DNA of 64,000 nucleotides from Haliotis cracherodii (taxonomy: Eukaryota). The notes beneath the pieces were generated by a model. That model was not told the DNA's origin and searched no databases. It worked only from the letters and a program-made list of their open reading frames with translations. A program made the translations under genes and the position numbers. The stretch is from positions 46,376,001 to 46,440,000 of the forward strand of contig NW_027266286.1 in NCBI RefSeq assembly GCF_022045235.1, in the 5' to 3' direction. Of this stretch, positions 40,111 through 52,500 are shown piece after piece; the stretch's first letter is position 1; every line of letters begins with the position of its first letter.

Positions 40111-43100
40111 TATGTAGGACTGGTAATATCGTAGCAATATCTAGTAAACACATATTACATATAATGTGTGACGGTTTTAACAGTAATATGTCCCTGACAG
40201 TGTTGACATGGATGGACCGTGTTTGGTGGTCATCGCTGGGTCATTACAAACGTGCCCTGCAAATACATCTACTGCACATGTTCTTCTCCATTTGTCGGAC
40301 AACCCGATTGTAACACAGGTCCCCAAGGAAGGGCTGTGATGATAAGCTTGGTCTACTCATTGTTACAATGGATTAGCTCATGTAACACAGTCATCGTTCA
40401 AATAAATCTTAGCTCACAATTTTCTCACATCAAATTCATTTCGTTTTATATTATACTGAAAAATAACCACCATTTTTTTAAATTATACATGAATATGTAT
40501 ATAATTATTTTTTTTATGTATATGCCCGTTTTCTGTATCAAATGGACCTTTATTTGTAGTTCGAACCGGTTATATCTACAGAAGAGTTTTTTTATGAAAT
40601 TGATAAAACTCACTGAAGGAAAACAAAGTGACTGTTGTTATTGTATGTAGTTTAGTAGACAAACTGAGACAATTCAAATAAGAAATTAGCTATTTCAAAA
40701 TAGTGTCAGAGTTGATAAGTTCTTGGTAATGGGAAATTGACAATCGTCTTGGTAGACTGAAGGAACAGCTTGCCCATGGAATTGAGACCCCACTCTAGTA
40801 TTTGGATGACGCCGGAAAGTGTATCAGAATTTTTGAGGACTACATGTACATGTATGTGCTATGTTGTTAAAATGCTGTTAATGTGATCGTTAACTGTCTG
40901 ACAGTGGGGTGCCTGACAAATGGGAAGACACAGTTAAGACAGTTGCCTCGGGGGCCCTGTCATCTAAAGTTGTATGTCACATCTATACGCGTACATTTTA
41001 ATGGCAACGAACTGACGTCACAAAGCAAATTTAGCTCATACATGTATGTTATTATTGTGATAAAACAAACAACTACAATTTCTATCCAATGAGATATGCA
41101 AACAATTTACATGATTACCCCCCTCTTCCAATAACTAAATATTGTTTCGTCACTTACTTTCCTTCGCAGTACTGGGATAATCATAACCACAATTGAGATG
41201 AAAATGTTGAGTATGAAAATATTTCATAGACACGAACTGACGTTTTCACCAAATCATAAAAATTGTCTGTCGGTATATGCAAATTGTACAATTATCTTCC
41301 TCTGTTTTTTTAAGCACGTCACCATATGGCAATATTTGAGATAGCGTCTGTGTTAGATTGAAAATGTATGTGAGGCTCAAGGGTTCATGAACAGCTCCTC
41401 ACGTGGCAACCACTAAGAAGACTGCAATGACAAAGAGAACGACAGCAACTGCACCGGCAGCTTCACCCCACATGCTCAAATACAGTTGGAATCGTACAAT
41501 AGACTCTGCATTAAACAAAGATTTATTATGAATATAGAAAGGGTTCTGTCGCTTTTATAACTATGTAAAGCAGGTTATAGAGCTACGTTTTAGATGCGTT
41601 AGACAATGCAAAGTTGCCCTCAGTAACACACTGTCCACGTTCATATAGAAGTTACTGGCATTATCGGTAAGTTTGCATCAAAACGGTCTTATCCTCAGCT
41701 ATATGGGATTTATTGCATAGCAAATACTGAACAAAAAGAGATCTCGAAAGCCACGTCGATTTACCGAACACAACAAAAAACAATGATTAATTGATTATAT
41801 TATAAATTTTCCGAGAAATTTGTGTCGTGGTACTCAGAAAGCGGATATTATTTTACATATTATACGAGGTCCGGTCAGACCGCCAATGAGGTCTGATCCA
41901 AGGGTCCTTGTTTTCGCATATGGACCTCATCAAAAGTAATCATTCGTTTTGTTATACCGGAATTCAATTTAAAGTTTATGAAGCCTATCGACCGTCCCAA
42001 GTTTCATTACATATGTAACTTAGCTGCGAACCGTGAAATGTAAGCATACCAGACGCCGTCGTGTTTTCCAGCAGCCGGAGTCAATATTCATCACGTTATA
42101 GGTCATTACTGATCATGTGACGTGTCAATATTCGAGGTCATTGTCAGTCACATGATTTCGTGTATTGTTTCCTCACGTGGTACGGATTTACGAATGGAAT
42201 AAAAAGATTCTGAATTGAGGTATAACAATTTTTATTATGTGATAAATACAATTCAATGTTTCTTGTTTTCTGAACACATTGCATCCGCAGTGGCGTGTTG
42301 CTGGATCGATGTGAACGTGACAATATCTACAAAATTCACAAAGCCATATAAGTGAAATATGGTTTACCTGTGCTACATTATCCGAGGATAAATATTACAT
42401 AATAACATTAAATAACAAATGTGATACACTAGAGGAGAGGCTCATTGGCAAAATAAAAAAAAATCGTTAAAAAATACACATATCTATCAATCTACCAAAT
42501 GTTGTGATACTAATATATCATTAAGGTGGAAAAAGACTAACTGAAAAAGCGCCACTAATATTACATGCACCAAACATGACCTTAATTTGACGACTGATCA
42601 TCTATTATGTAATATTGTGTTATTGAAACAATGTGTTAACCCAGAAATCTGTACGTAAAACAATCTTGCGTGAAACAAAGAAACATCCAACAAATGGTAA
42701 ACAATTAACAAATTTATTACCAAAATACTCTAGGTTTACAAATCAACAAAAAGTACTGCAAAGCAATTACAATGGCAGTACACAATCAAGAGGCGTACAC
42801 TATTCAATGACTGTATATAAAATGATAGCAGTGGGCAGTATCAAATACAAAACTACAGTGGTGATAGCTAAATTCAGAGATAATAATGTATATTCACCAG
42901 GCGGCGACAGTAGTCAAGCGTACGTAATGGGCCAAGGCAGGGAATCAGGGGTGTTGAGCAATCCTCACAAGAAAGCCGGTCTTAATGTCTTAATGAGAGA
43001 TCCCTAAACACGCTCTTATCCCACTATAAATACAGACTAACAAGCTTCTGGAAATCTCGATACCGTGCCCTCACCACATAGAACATTACAGATATTTCGG

Positions 43101-43472
43101 TAACATTCTATCACTGTCTGCGGTACACTGGACCGTAAGTTTACACACCACACTAACATCTTACTATAATAACTTCCCGACGACTGATCAATGTCCAAAA
43201 ACAAAGTATTGAGCTGAGCGTCTGCAGAATCTCAACGGAAACATTGCACCCAAGCCACAATCACTGTTAAACAACAAAATACACCGCCATGTAATATCAC
43301 GCAATGTACATTTCAAAGCTGCAAACATATCTGATAAGCCTTTGTCTCTATTTTACTTACATACTTTAACTATGATATCTATGTCGTTGTTATTTTCCCC
43401 TTGCACATGCTGGTAACAGTGAGGCCAACGCAAAGAAAGTGCAGCAGCAACACATGTACTATTCCCCTTCCT

Positions 43473-43751
43473 TGTTTGTTTGTTTTGTTTTGTTGTTGTT
43501 TAACGCCGCACTCAGTAATATTCCAGCTATATGATGGCGGTCTGTAAATAATCGAGTCTGGACCAGAGAATTCAGTGACTGACATCATGAACATCGATCC
43601 ACGCAGTTGGGATACGATGACATGCATCAACCTAGGCAGCGAGTCTGACCACCCGGTTCCGTATGTCGACTTTTCGACAAGCATAGTCGCCATTTACGGC
43701 AGACATGCTATTGGGTTGCTGAAAACCAATTCTGACCCGGATCTTCACGGG
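43473..43751 (-). mobile_element. SINE-like family C (copies 27429-27695 +, 22960-23170 -, 10545-10720 +, 31955-32130 +, 59260-59400 +)
   Basis: Shared cccgtgaagatccggg...gtggtcaggctcgctgac...ctggtccagactcgattatt...gcggcgttaaacaacaa sequence in multiple dispersed copies. Confidence 0.8.
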
Positions 43752-44687
43752 TGTATTGTCCTTCCTGCTTCACTGATAACGCGTGCTTGAGACGCCCGGG
43801 AGTGATTTGCAGGCTTGCGCATGACGAAATTGTATCAGGAAGTTCTATTACAGATACTCGGCCATACCCCACTTGGCCGCTCACCACCACCAGGTCAACG
43901 CACCCTCCTGTGACATGCATTAGTCAGGGGAAGAAAATATCAGTGTTGGAATGAGGATAATTTATGGATTATATCATAAAATATTATTCCTCCTCAACCT
44001 GAAATTAAGAATATTGTCATCGTCTTTGAAACATTAGTTATGCTAACGCATCATTTGGGTATATATTTCAAACATTAATAAAACATACATATGTGGAATT
44101 ATATATTACAAGAAGACGAACTATAGCAACTGCGAAAAGGCCACAGCATGCAAAAAGATACAGATGGATAATTATGTCTTTGATGTTTGAGACAGCTATT
44201 TGAAAAGAGATGGCCCTTAGGTCAAATGCGCAGCAATGAACTTTGCAAAGTTGGGCGCTCCAGAAGCTGATTATCGCATGTTCCGATCCAAAATTCGCCC
44301 TAAGTATCATGATCAATATCTGTCGCGGTCGTTTATGTCGACCTCCTCCTTCACTTCGCCATGTCTCCCCTCATATCGCATTTTTTTCAATTGAAACACT
44401 GTTCATAGCATTCGATCCAAATCCACATAATCACTCAGATCCAGGTCCTACAATATAATGGAGTTTGTGCAATAAACAGTACTGTAAATCTCACGGACGC
44501 ACACTACTTATCTATCGGGATCACTCCCGGGGACAGGCATTACTTTCGCCTGTGTTGGAGACAAAGTTACCCAGCTACGTGACACAGATGTGTGTAAGAT
44601 GATTATCGTAAATATCTTTTCTGTGAGAAGCGTGTTACATTTGTGTTACATTTACAGATGTTACAGAATGGATACACTGGTTGCAAA

Positions 44688-44877
44688 TCAAACGTTCTGG
44701 TAATCTGGTGTAGCCGCCACCTCATGATCATGTTTCGTTTCGCCTTGAAACCAGGTAGACTGTTCAATAATGCCATAGTTGTTGACATCACCTCCCGCTG
44801 ACAGACCGGAGTAGGTGGGGTGTTCAATGGAAGCTGGGGTGTCTCCTTGTTTCTTCGGGGTAAGATCATACCGACGC
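44688..44877 (-). CDS. G4 cytoplasmic exon (ITAM-like + YxN)
   Basis: RRYDLTPKKQGDTPASIEHPTYSGLSAGGDVNNYGIIEQSTWFQGETKHDHEVAATPDYQNV*. Confidence 0.87.
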
Positions 44878-47800
44878 CTGCAAGGACGCGTAATTTGAAG
44901 CACGGTGATGAAATTGACGTCAGAGTCAGTAAATAGAGAAAACAAATATAATCATCAAGGTAAATAACCAATTGCGATTCCCCACATTGATAAATCCCAA
45001 TCGTTGTGTCATCCGATGTGATATGGCAGAAAGGTTATTAGAAACATAAAGTCACTCACTCACTTCACAACTGAGACTTGCGTTATTACTGGACGTCTTT
45101 CAAAGTATAATGTCCACTAAATAATATAAGGATAGATAGTGAATGTACTTTTAAATATACCTTACAACGAGGACGTACACTGCAAGACCGACCAGAATGA
45201 CAATAACAGCTCCGACAGCCATCCCTCCCACAAACAATCCGACTGAAACAGAAATATTCAATGTTTATTAAAAATAGAACTAAAATTCTTCTAATTAACT
45301 TTCAATTAAAAGAAACATTCAAAAGAAGGCAGTTAGTCAAATAGTCATGCAATGTACATCTGTATTTCTTAACGAATAGGTAGAAGCAAACGATCAGCAG
45401 TTAGTCAAATAGCCATGCAATGTACATCTGTATTTCTTAACGAATAGGTAGAAGCAAACGATCAGCAGTTAGTCAAATAGCCCTGCAATGTACATCTGTA
45501 TTTCTTAACGAATAGGTAGAAGCAAACGATCAGCAGTCCTTATTTACCAATACCTGCAAAACCTGATACGATCATGCTCTTTGCAACTTGCTCTTGTAAA
45601 GCTATTTTGTCCGAGCAAAGGAAAAAAAACCCAAACATCTGATGCATGTACACGTACAAGTAATTTGTAGTGAGATCACTAAGAAATATCGGGAGGTTTT
45701 ATTATTTATTATTTTATCTTTTGAACAAATATATATGAAATACCACATTATACAATGCATACCTGGGAATTGTGAAGAGGTGGGTATAATCGATTCGTCC
45801 CCAGTTGACTTAGTGGTTAATCTCACTGATAAAAATCATCAGCAACGAGTATAAACGATCAATACAAAGTCATTATATCCTCACAGTAAAACCAACACAA
45901 AAATATATGATATAGGTATAACTAACCATATATTCCGAACATTATAAACCTAAAATATTTTATCAGATATCGATTTTATTTAAAACACATTGTCACGTCA
46001 CATTGAAAAAGATTAATGCTGTAGATGCTATAAAGGAACATTACAAACATATTTACCTAATAGGATTGAACAAGGTGGCAAGCCACAATGTCCCATCAAT
46101 ACCTGGTATTTATGACGAGTTGACTGTGAAAAAAATGAAATTACTTGTTTTATCTTTTGAACAATTAGACAATTAGATAGGAAATCCCACACTGATTACT
46201 GCATACCTGGAAATTGTGAAGATGGGGATATAGTAGAGCTGTACTCAGTTGACCCAGTGGTTAGTCCCCCTGATAAAAAAAAGTAGACACACGTTTATGT
46301 GCTGTACATTCAGTACATCTTCCCAAGGCAAGTGAGTTAACTGACTATAAAAGTCCAGTTTCCACCCTTGCCGAACTAGCCTGGGATTATGGAGTTACAT
46401 TTTGGCTGGACTAACAAGTCTATGCATAGTCCAATCAAAATCGCGCACCGAAATCGAAATCCGGTTCGTTAAGTGTCATGCAGATTTCGGTCGACTGCAG
46501 CATTTGCAAAACATGTGCACCGCTAACTCGTTGTCAACAGATATTTTCTAAATCTATTCATGTTTTTAATCAAGGTGCTCATGTGATGTGATGCACTTCG
46601 CGATGTCAGACTCGTTTCATCAAAATATAGATCTTGATTATCGATCAGATCGTCTTGACTGGGCGCCACCCTTTTGTTTGAAGCAAATGCAAGTGATACG
46701 AGAGGTTGCATCTGATTGGTCAGTAGGAGAGGGATAGAAAGGACATGACTCGCAATAGCCACTGGTGGCGCTACGATCGAGCCCAGTAATTACAGCCTAG
46801 TTCGGCAAGGGTGGAAACTGGACTTTTAAAGTCAGTTAACTCTCTTGCCTCGGGAAGATGGATCACCAGGTGGTGCATGGGGTTTTAAGCGTCCCGCGTT
46901 AGGCTCGTGGTATAAAACCTGATGGGGGACGCATAAAACCCCATGTACCTTGAGTGATCCTGCTACAACGAATTTATCTTACCGACATGATTAAATGTGA
47001 CATTGTAAAAGAATTAACACAAATTCAATAGTGATAGAAAACAGCTGTTCGATTGAGGTGAGGTTAACTTGTGCTGTGTCACGTGACTGCCATTCGTGCG
47101 GCTTTTTGCTCTGAAGCGGGTTATAAGGGATTTATTATGTCTCTCAGATATCCACGTGCAGCCTGTACTGTTCATGGCGGGGTATTAGAGATTTAATGCC
47201 CCGCTGAGAAAGGCGGGTTACACAGTATTTTAGGAAGATCACGTGGACCAATCAGATCTCATCATTCTGATATGGAGGTATCATAAGATTGGTTATGAGT
47301 GTATTCGGAACTACGTGATGCCAGTATGTAAAGCACATTCTTTCACATCACATTGATAAAGATTTATGGGTGCTTCTTTATACCGATGTTTACATGATGG
47401 CATTATACAATACCTTAAAGTTTATGTTTTACCCAACACGACTGAATGAAACATGAACGATGTACATCACGACAATGGGACTCGAATATGGCAATATCAT
47501 TGGATTTAAATGATGGCAATATGTTAAAGACACATTCATGTGTGTGTTTGTGTGACCAGGTACCTACACGTACGAGTCCGTACCAAACCAATGGCGGTTT
47601 AACAGTGCTGGACCACTGAGATAGTGAGTGAGTTGGGTGAGCGGCGCCTTAGACAACTGCCCCCCCACCGTGTTTTACAGTCTGTCATTAGCAGACTATG
47701 AAACAGGTACAAACAAACCAAAATGTTGACAATCGACCCCTTTCTTGGCGCCCCAGGTCAACGACAAGAGTGTAGGTTCGATTGATCCGAAACAAGGCTC

Positions 47801-49537
47801 TACGAAATTGACCTCATACGGCCAATAAAATTGCTACAAGCTTTCAGGCTACTGGAGTACGAGTTACGGGTCAGACGATTAGAAATCGTCTACATGCAGC
47901 TTATCTCCATGCACGGTAGCCTCGTGTACATGTTGTGCCGCCCCGAACAAAACGCCATATTGCCAACATGCGTCAGTGGTGAAGACAATGTCGAACCTGA
48001 GAGGTAATCGTCGATGGTCACGAGTTACGTTTTCAGATGAGTCCTTATTAACGTTGCACTTTCGTGATAGGCGTGGTCGTGTCATGAAAGTGTCGAAATG
48101 AAACTTAAGTCAACGCCCGAGATCAGCATGCACGAATCGTCAATGATCACCTTCAGTAGCATCCATCGAATGCCATGGCCAGTAATTAGCCCTTGACCTT
48201 CCCCCAGCTGAACACGTCTGGGAGAGACGTGTGCGCCAACGTCATAAGCCGCCGACCATGCTGAACTTCGCAAGGCGCTACAAGAGGAGTGAGGCAGACT
48301 CTCTCACATTGTCATTGGGAGATTCATGCGCAGTATGCCTCGTCGAGTGAGTAAATGTAGACAAATCGTGGCAGTATTACGTACCACTGATCCAAAACGT
48401 CAACTTTGAAACTTCCTATCTTTTCCCTATCGTCCTTCAAGATCGTTGACGGTCATGCCATCTACTCTCATACCAGTTTTAATTATGTTGTGCCCTTAAT
48501 TCGTTCATTATTATCATACAACTATTAGTCGAAACTACTATTTCTTACAATTTTGGAAATTTCAGTTATTTCCAAGTATCCCATACATTTTTAAAGGGAA
48601 TATATAAAGCACTACAAGGAACTTTTTTGTTCAAAGCATAAACAAGAAACCTTATATACAAACATGTTTTCACATATCGTCTCACACACACACACTTTAG
48701 GGATTGCACCGCAATGGATTTCTATAGCATGAAAGAAATGTGAAAATTAATTATTTGCTTTGAGAAAAAACAAGGCATGATAATCGGTTCAGGCATTTTG
48801 ATCGGTACTCAAATTCGGCCAATGTTTTTTTTTTCTTTTTACTTCATACATTTAGTTGCTGCGGAAAGTTAGGGTACATTTTGATTCACTGATGTAAAGT
48901 ATAATACCTTGTTTGAAGCCAGTCGGTTAATACACTTCCATCTCCCTCATATTCTGTTATTATGCATAATAAATCCATACGGCATGATCGAAAGTGGTCC
49001 ATCACTATCAATCCGGTATGTACATGTACACTATACAGTGAAAATCTTGATACAACATTGGCCTACCTGCGCCTGTCACTGCTTGACATGTCACATTAAA
49101 AGGGTCTGATGCTGCAATATAACAATCACATGATATCATACTGTCAGTTAAAATTACTGTTTATCTGGAATTGGATATATAACCAATTTGACATATGCAT
49201 TTATATAAGCACTATGAACATATATCGTACAATTAAAACTATACAATAACCAAAACTACTGCTGATGGCGCAGTTTCACTCTACAGTCAAAGAAAACATT
49301 TTGGTCAATCGAAATACCCCTAGATCTTTCATTTGATTGTATCCGACTGGTTGAGTTACGACTAAGGATTTCTTATTTCACTGTCGAAGTTCAATAAATT
49401 TGTGTAATGCATTTCATGCAGCCCCTACTAAAACATCCTTATTGAAGTCATATATGTATTCGGTGTTTCATTTATGACAAAGACACATGCGTAAGTTCAC
49501 TTCTCATTCTTACCATTAATCAGAAGCCAAATTAAAG

Positions 49538-49575
<38 letters not shown>

Positions 49576-52500
49576 GATCTTGGGAAATCAACGAAGGTTA
49601 AGGATATTGGGGGTTCCGCTGTTACGTTGAGTCTTTTAAACGATTGGATAACTGATGAACAATTATTCATTGTGATCTCATTATGAGGTAGGACAGATAA
49701 CTTTGAGAAGCACTACCCTGGAGTTGGCTACCCGACCGCCCCAATAATTAAAACTACTGCTGATGGTGCAGTGTCACTCTACAGTCAAAAACAACCTTTT
49801 GGTCAGTAGAGATACACCTTGATCTTTGATGTAATTGTATCAGGACTGGTTAAGGTACGACAAAGGAATTCTTATTCTACTATTGAACTAACTTTTATAA
49901 ATTTGTGTAAATACAAAAAACGGTTTGTGTGCAACCCCCACTAAACATACTTATTGAAATTATATATCGATACATGTTTTTATTTGTGAAAAAGGCACAA
50001 AGATATTCTCACTTCTCATTCTTACCATTAATCAGAAGCCAAATTAAGGTTGACGATGATCCCAGGAAATCCAAGTTTAGATATATTGGGAGTTCCGCTG
50101 TGACGTTGAGTCTCTTAAACGGTCGGAACCCAGGTGAACAATTGTTAATTATGATCTCATTCTCAGGTAGGACAGATAACTTTGAGAAACATTGCCCTTG
50201 AGTTCCTCGTCCCAGCCTCGCGTCAAGAGCATACACTGATATGCTTGTAGCAGTGACATCAGACTTGAAGCTGCACATATAATTGATGGTTTGAGTTGTA
50301 GGAGTAGGTGTTCCTTGTTCTCTGTGGATGAGTGAGACTTGAGATACTCTCTCTACAACACCTCCACTGATGTTCAGCAATTCACCTTCTGCAACATTCA
50401 TAGTTTCAGTCATAAGAAACATTAAGATTAACATGAGTGTCTCGAAGGTACCATATCCTATTCATTTTCGTTATCAAGCCAGGATAGCGTTCATTTAGAA
50501 CAATTCATGATTGCTTGGTAATACAGTGTGCTTTCCACATTTCTAATATGACTAGTATGATTTTAGGCACACCGTGTTCTCTTCCACGTCATTCTATGGC
50601 TCCTACACTATACTATTTTATTGCTTGAAGGGACTTACAGGAATCGAAGAGTGAACAGCGAAGAGCGACTCTTATGTTTAACGTGTGTCGTAGAACTAGG
50701 ACCACTCGCAGTACGAGGCGGAAATTCAATCTAGAGGAAAACCTGCATGTACCCGCACAAGAAAACAGATCACATACATGGATACGATGACATTGGCAAA
50801 TTTTAATGATGGGGAAGTACATCGCCATGTAGTAAACAATAATGGCATCCATTTCAGTTGCATGCAGATTTATGTTTATCGCAATGTTCTGTGTTTTGAT
50901 ACGCTCCACCACGAATCTCATAGGTAGGCTCCTCGGCCGAACTGGCATTTCCTTAAATAACAGTGCTTACAGATTTCAGCTGAGATTCTGTAGTACGCTT
51001 ACAGTTACGCACATCCATGACTCTATTAGCTATTGATCAACCAACTGCCTGGTAAAGACGTCAAGCAAGAAACGTTATCAATACAGTATCCAGTATAGAA
51101 AGCTCTTATCCTACACATTCTTCATAAGGTTGTCACAAACGTCTGTCACCCCAAAGTTTTTTCGATAAACTACGGACGGCTGCGAACAAAACGCATCTGG
51201 TACAGCTAGCATTGCTTTTCAAACAATTTCAATCACATCTGTAGGCATTGCCCGGATATTCGTCAGCAACAATGTCTACATTGAGCCCTCCACTATTTGT
51301 TTTAGTAATTTGCTCACTATACATTAGACACCTTCCTCCTTGACCGATCTGACATAGTGAGGTTGGTCACTGCGCAGTTTCCTATGTTCCTGTCCACCAT
51401 GTAATGCAAAGCTACTACCAGCAATATACACCATCGTGCCCAGCAGCTTCCCAAGGTTGTCGCTTCCCAAACAACCATTTCGACCATAGAACGTCTTACT
51501 CCTCCATTTCGTCTTCAATATCATGACATTATCCAAAGTATTCCGTACCTGTGAATCCAGTTGTAACTGGCTTCACATGACGAAACTGTACAGAGTACGT
51601 GAAGATATAATCTGAACCGTCAGCGCATTCTGGGTCGTGTCTTCGAATTCCGTCAAACCATGACGTATTTCTGCTAATCTGTGCCTGTTACACTCCTTGA
51701 AACTCTTCACCGCCAATACTACTGGTAATTACCCTTTATCCTATAATGGGTAGGTTTCTCGGCAAGATAAAAGAATAAAAATGATATCCGTTGGGGTCAT
51801 CTGCGGATAGAGATGCAAATATCAAAGATCAAATAGGGACTACTTTCAGTGTTTATTAACAAACATGGCGCAGCCCTTGTCATTCGGCGATCGAGTCAGA
51901 ATTAACCATCGGGAATCTGAATGAACTACAGAGATAACTGCTATCATTATCAAAGGAACAGCCTTATATCCTGAAAATCAGTGTCTAACTGTGAACAGCT
52001 ATGACAACTTTGCAGATATAAATTTCGAAACAATTTTGCGAGGGCACTAGGCCAAGCCATATCAGAAGCCATATCTGTGCTTGTAGACCTCTGCGGCTTG
52101 AAAACTTTTCCACAAATTAATAAAGTTGGATTTGACCGAAATATGTTACCTTGTTTCGTTGTGTCGCTGTGTGTCCATCTGACTGCACTTTTTAACGTTA
52201 TGACAGAACAGGCCGACTGTCAACAACGTCTGAACGTGGTCGTGACGTCTCATACACTAGGGTTAGAGTAGCTTCTCTTTGACAAAGGGCAGTAACTCAA
52301 GCGGACAGACCGATGGATTGCCGCGAAAGACAAGTAAGAAAAAAATGTTGTTTTGCGAATATGTTGCTTCGCTACTGTATTAGAAACAGATTTCTGTTGA
52401 AACTAAATTGGCTACTGTCACTGTCCGACTGACACATCACTTACCCTGTGACGTAATAAATATAAATGCGCGCATTCCAGGAAAACTCACAATGTTTCGG

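Noticed and set aside
45329-45537. Direct repeats that could be taken for a CRISPR array
   Set aside because: Head-to-tail 68-bp copies without unique spacers, in a eukaryotic intron.
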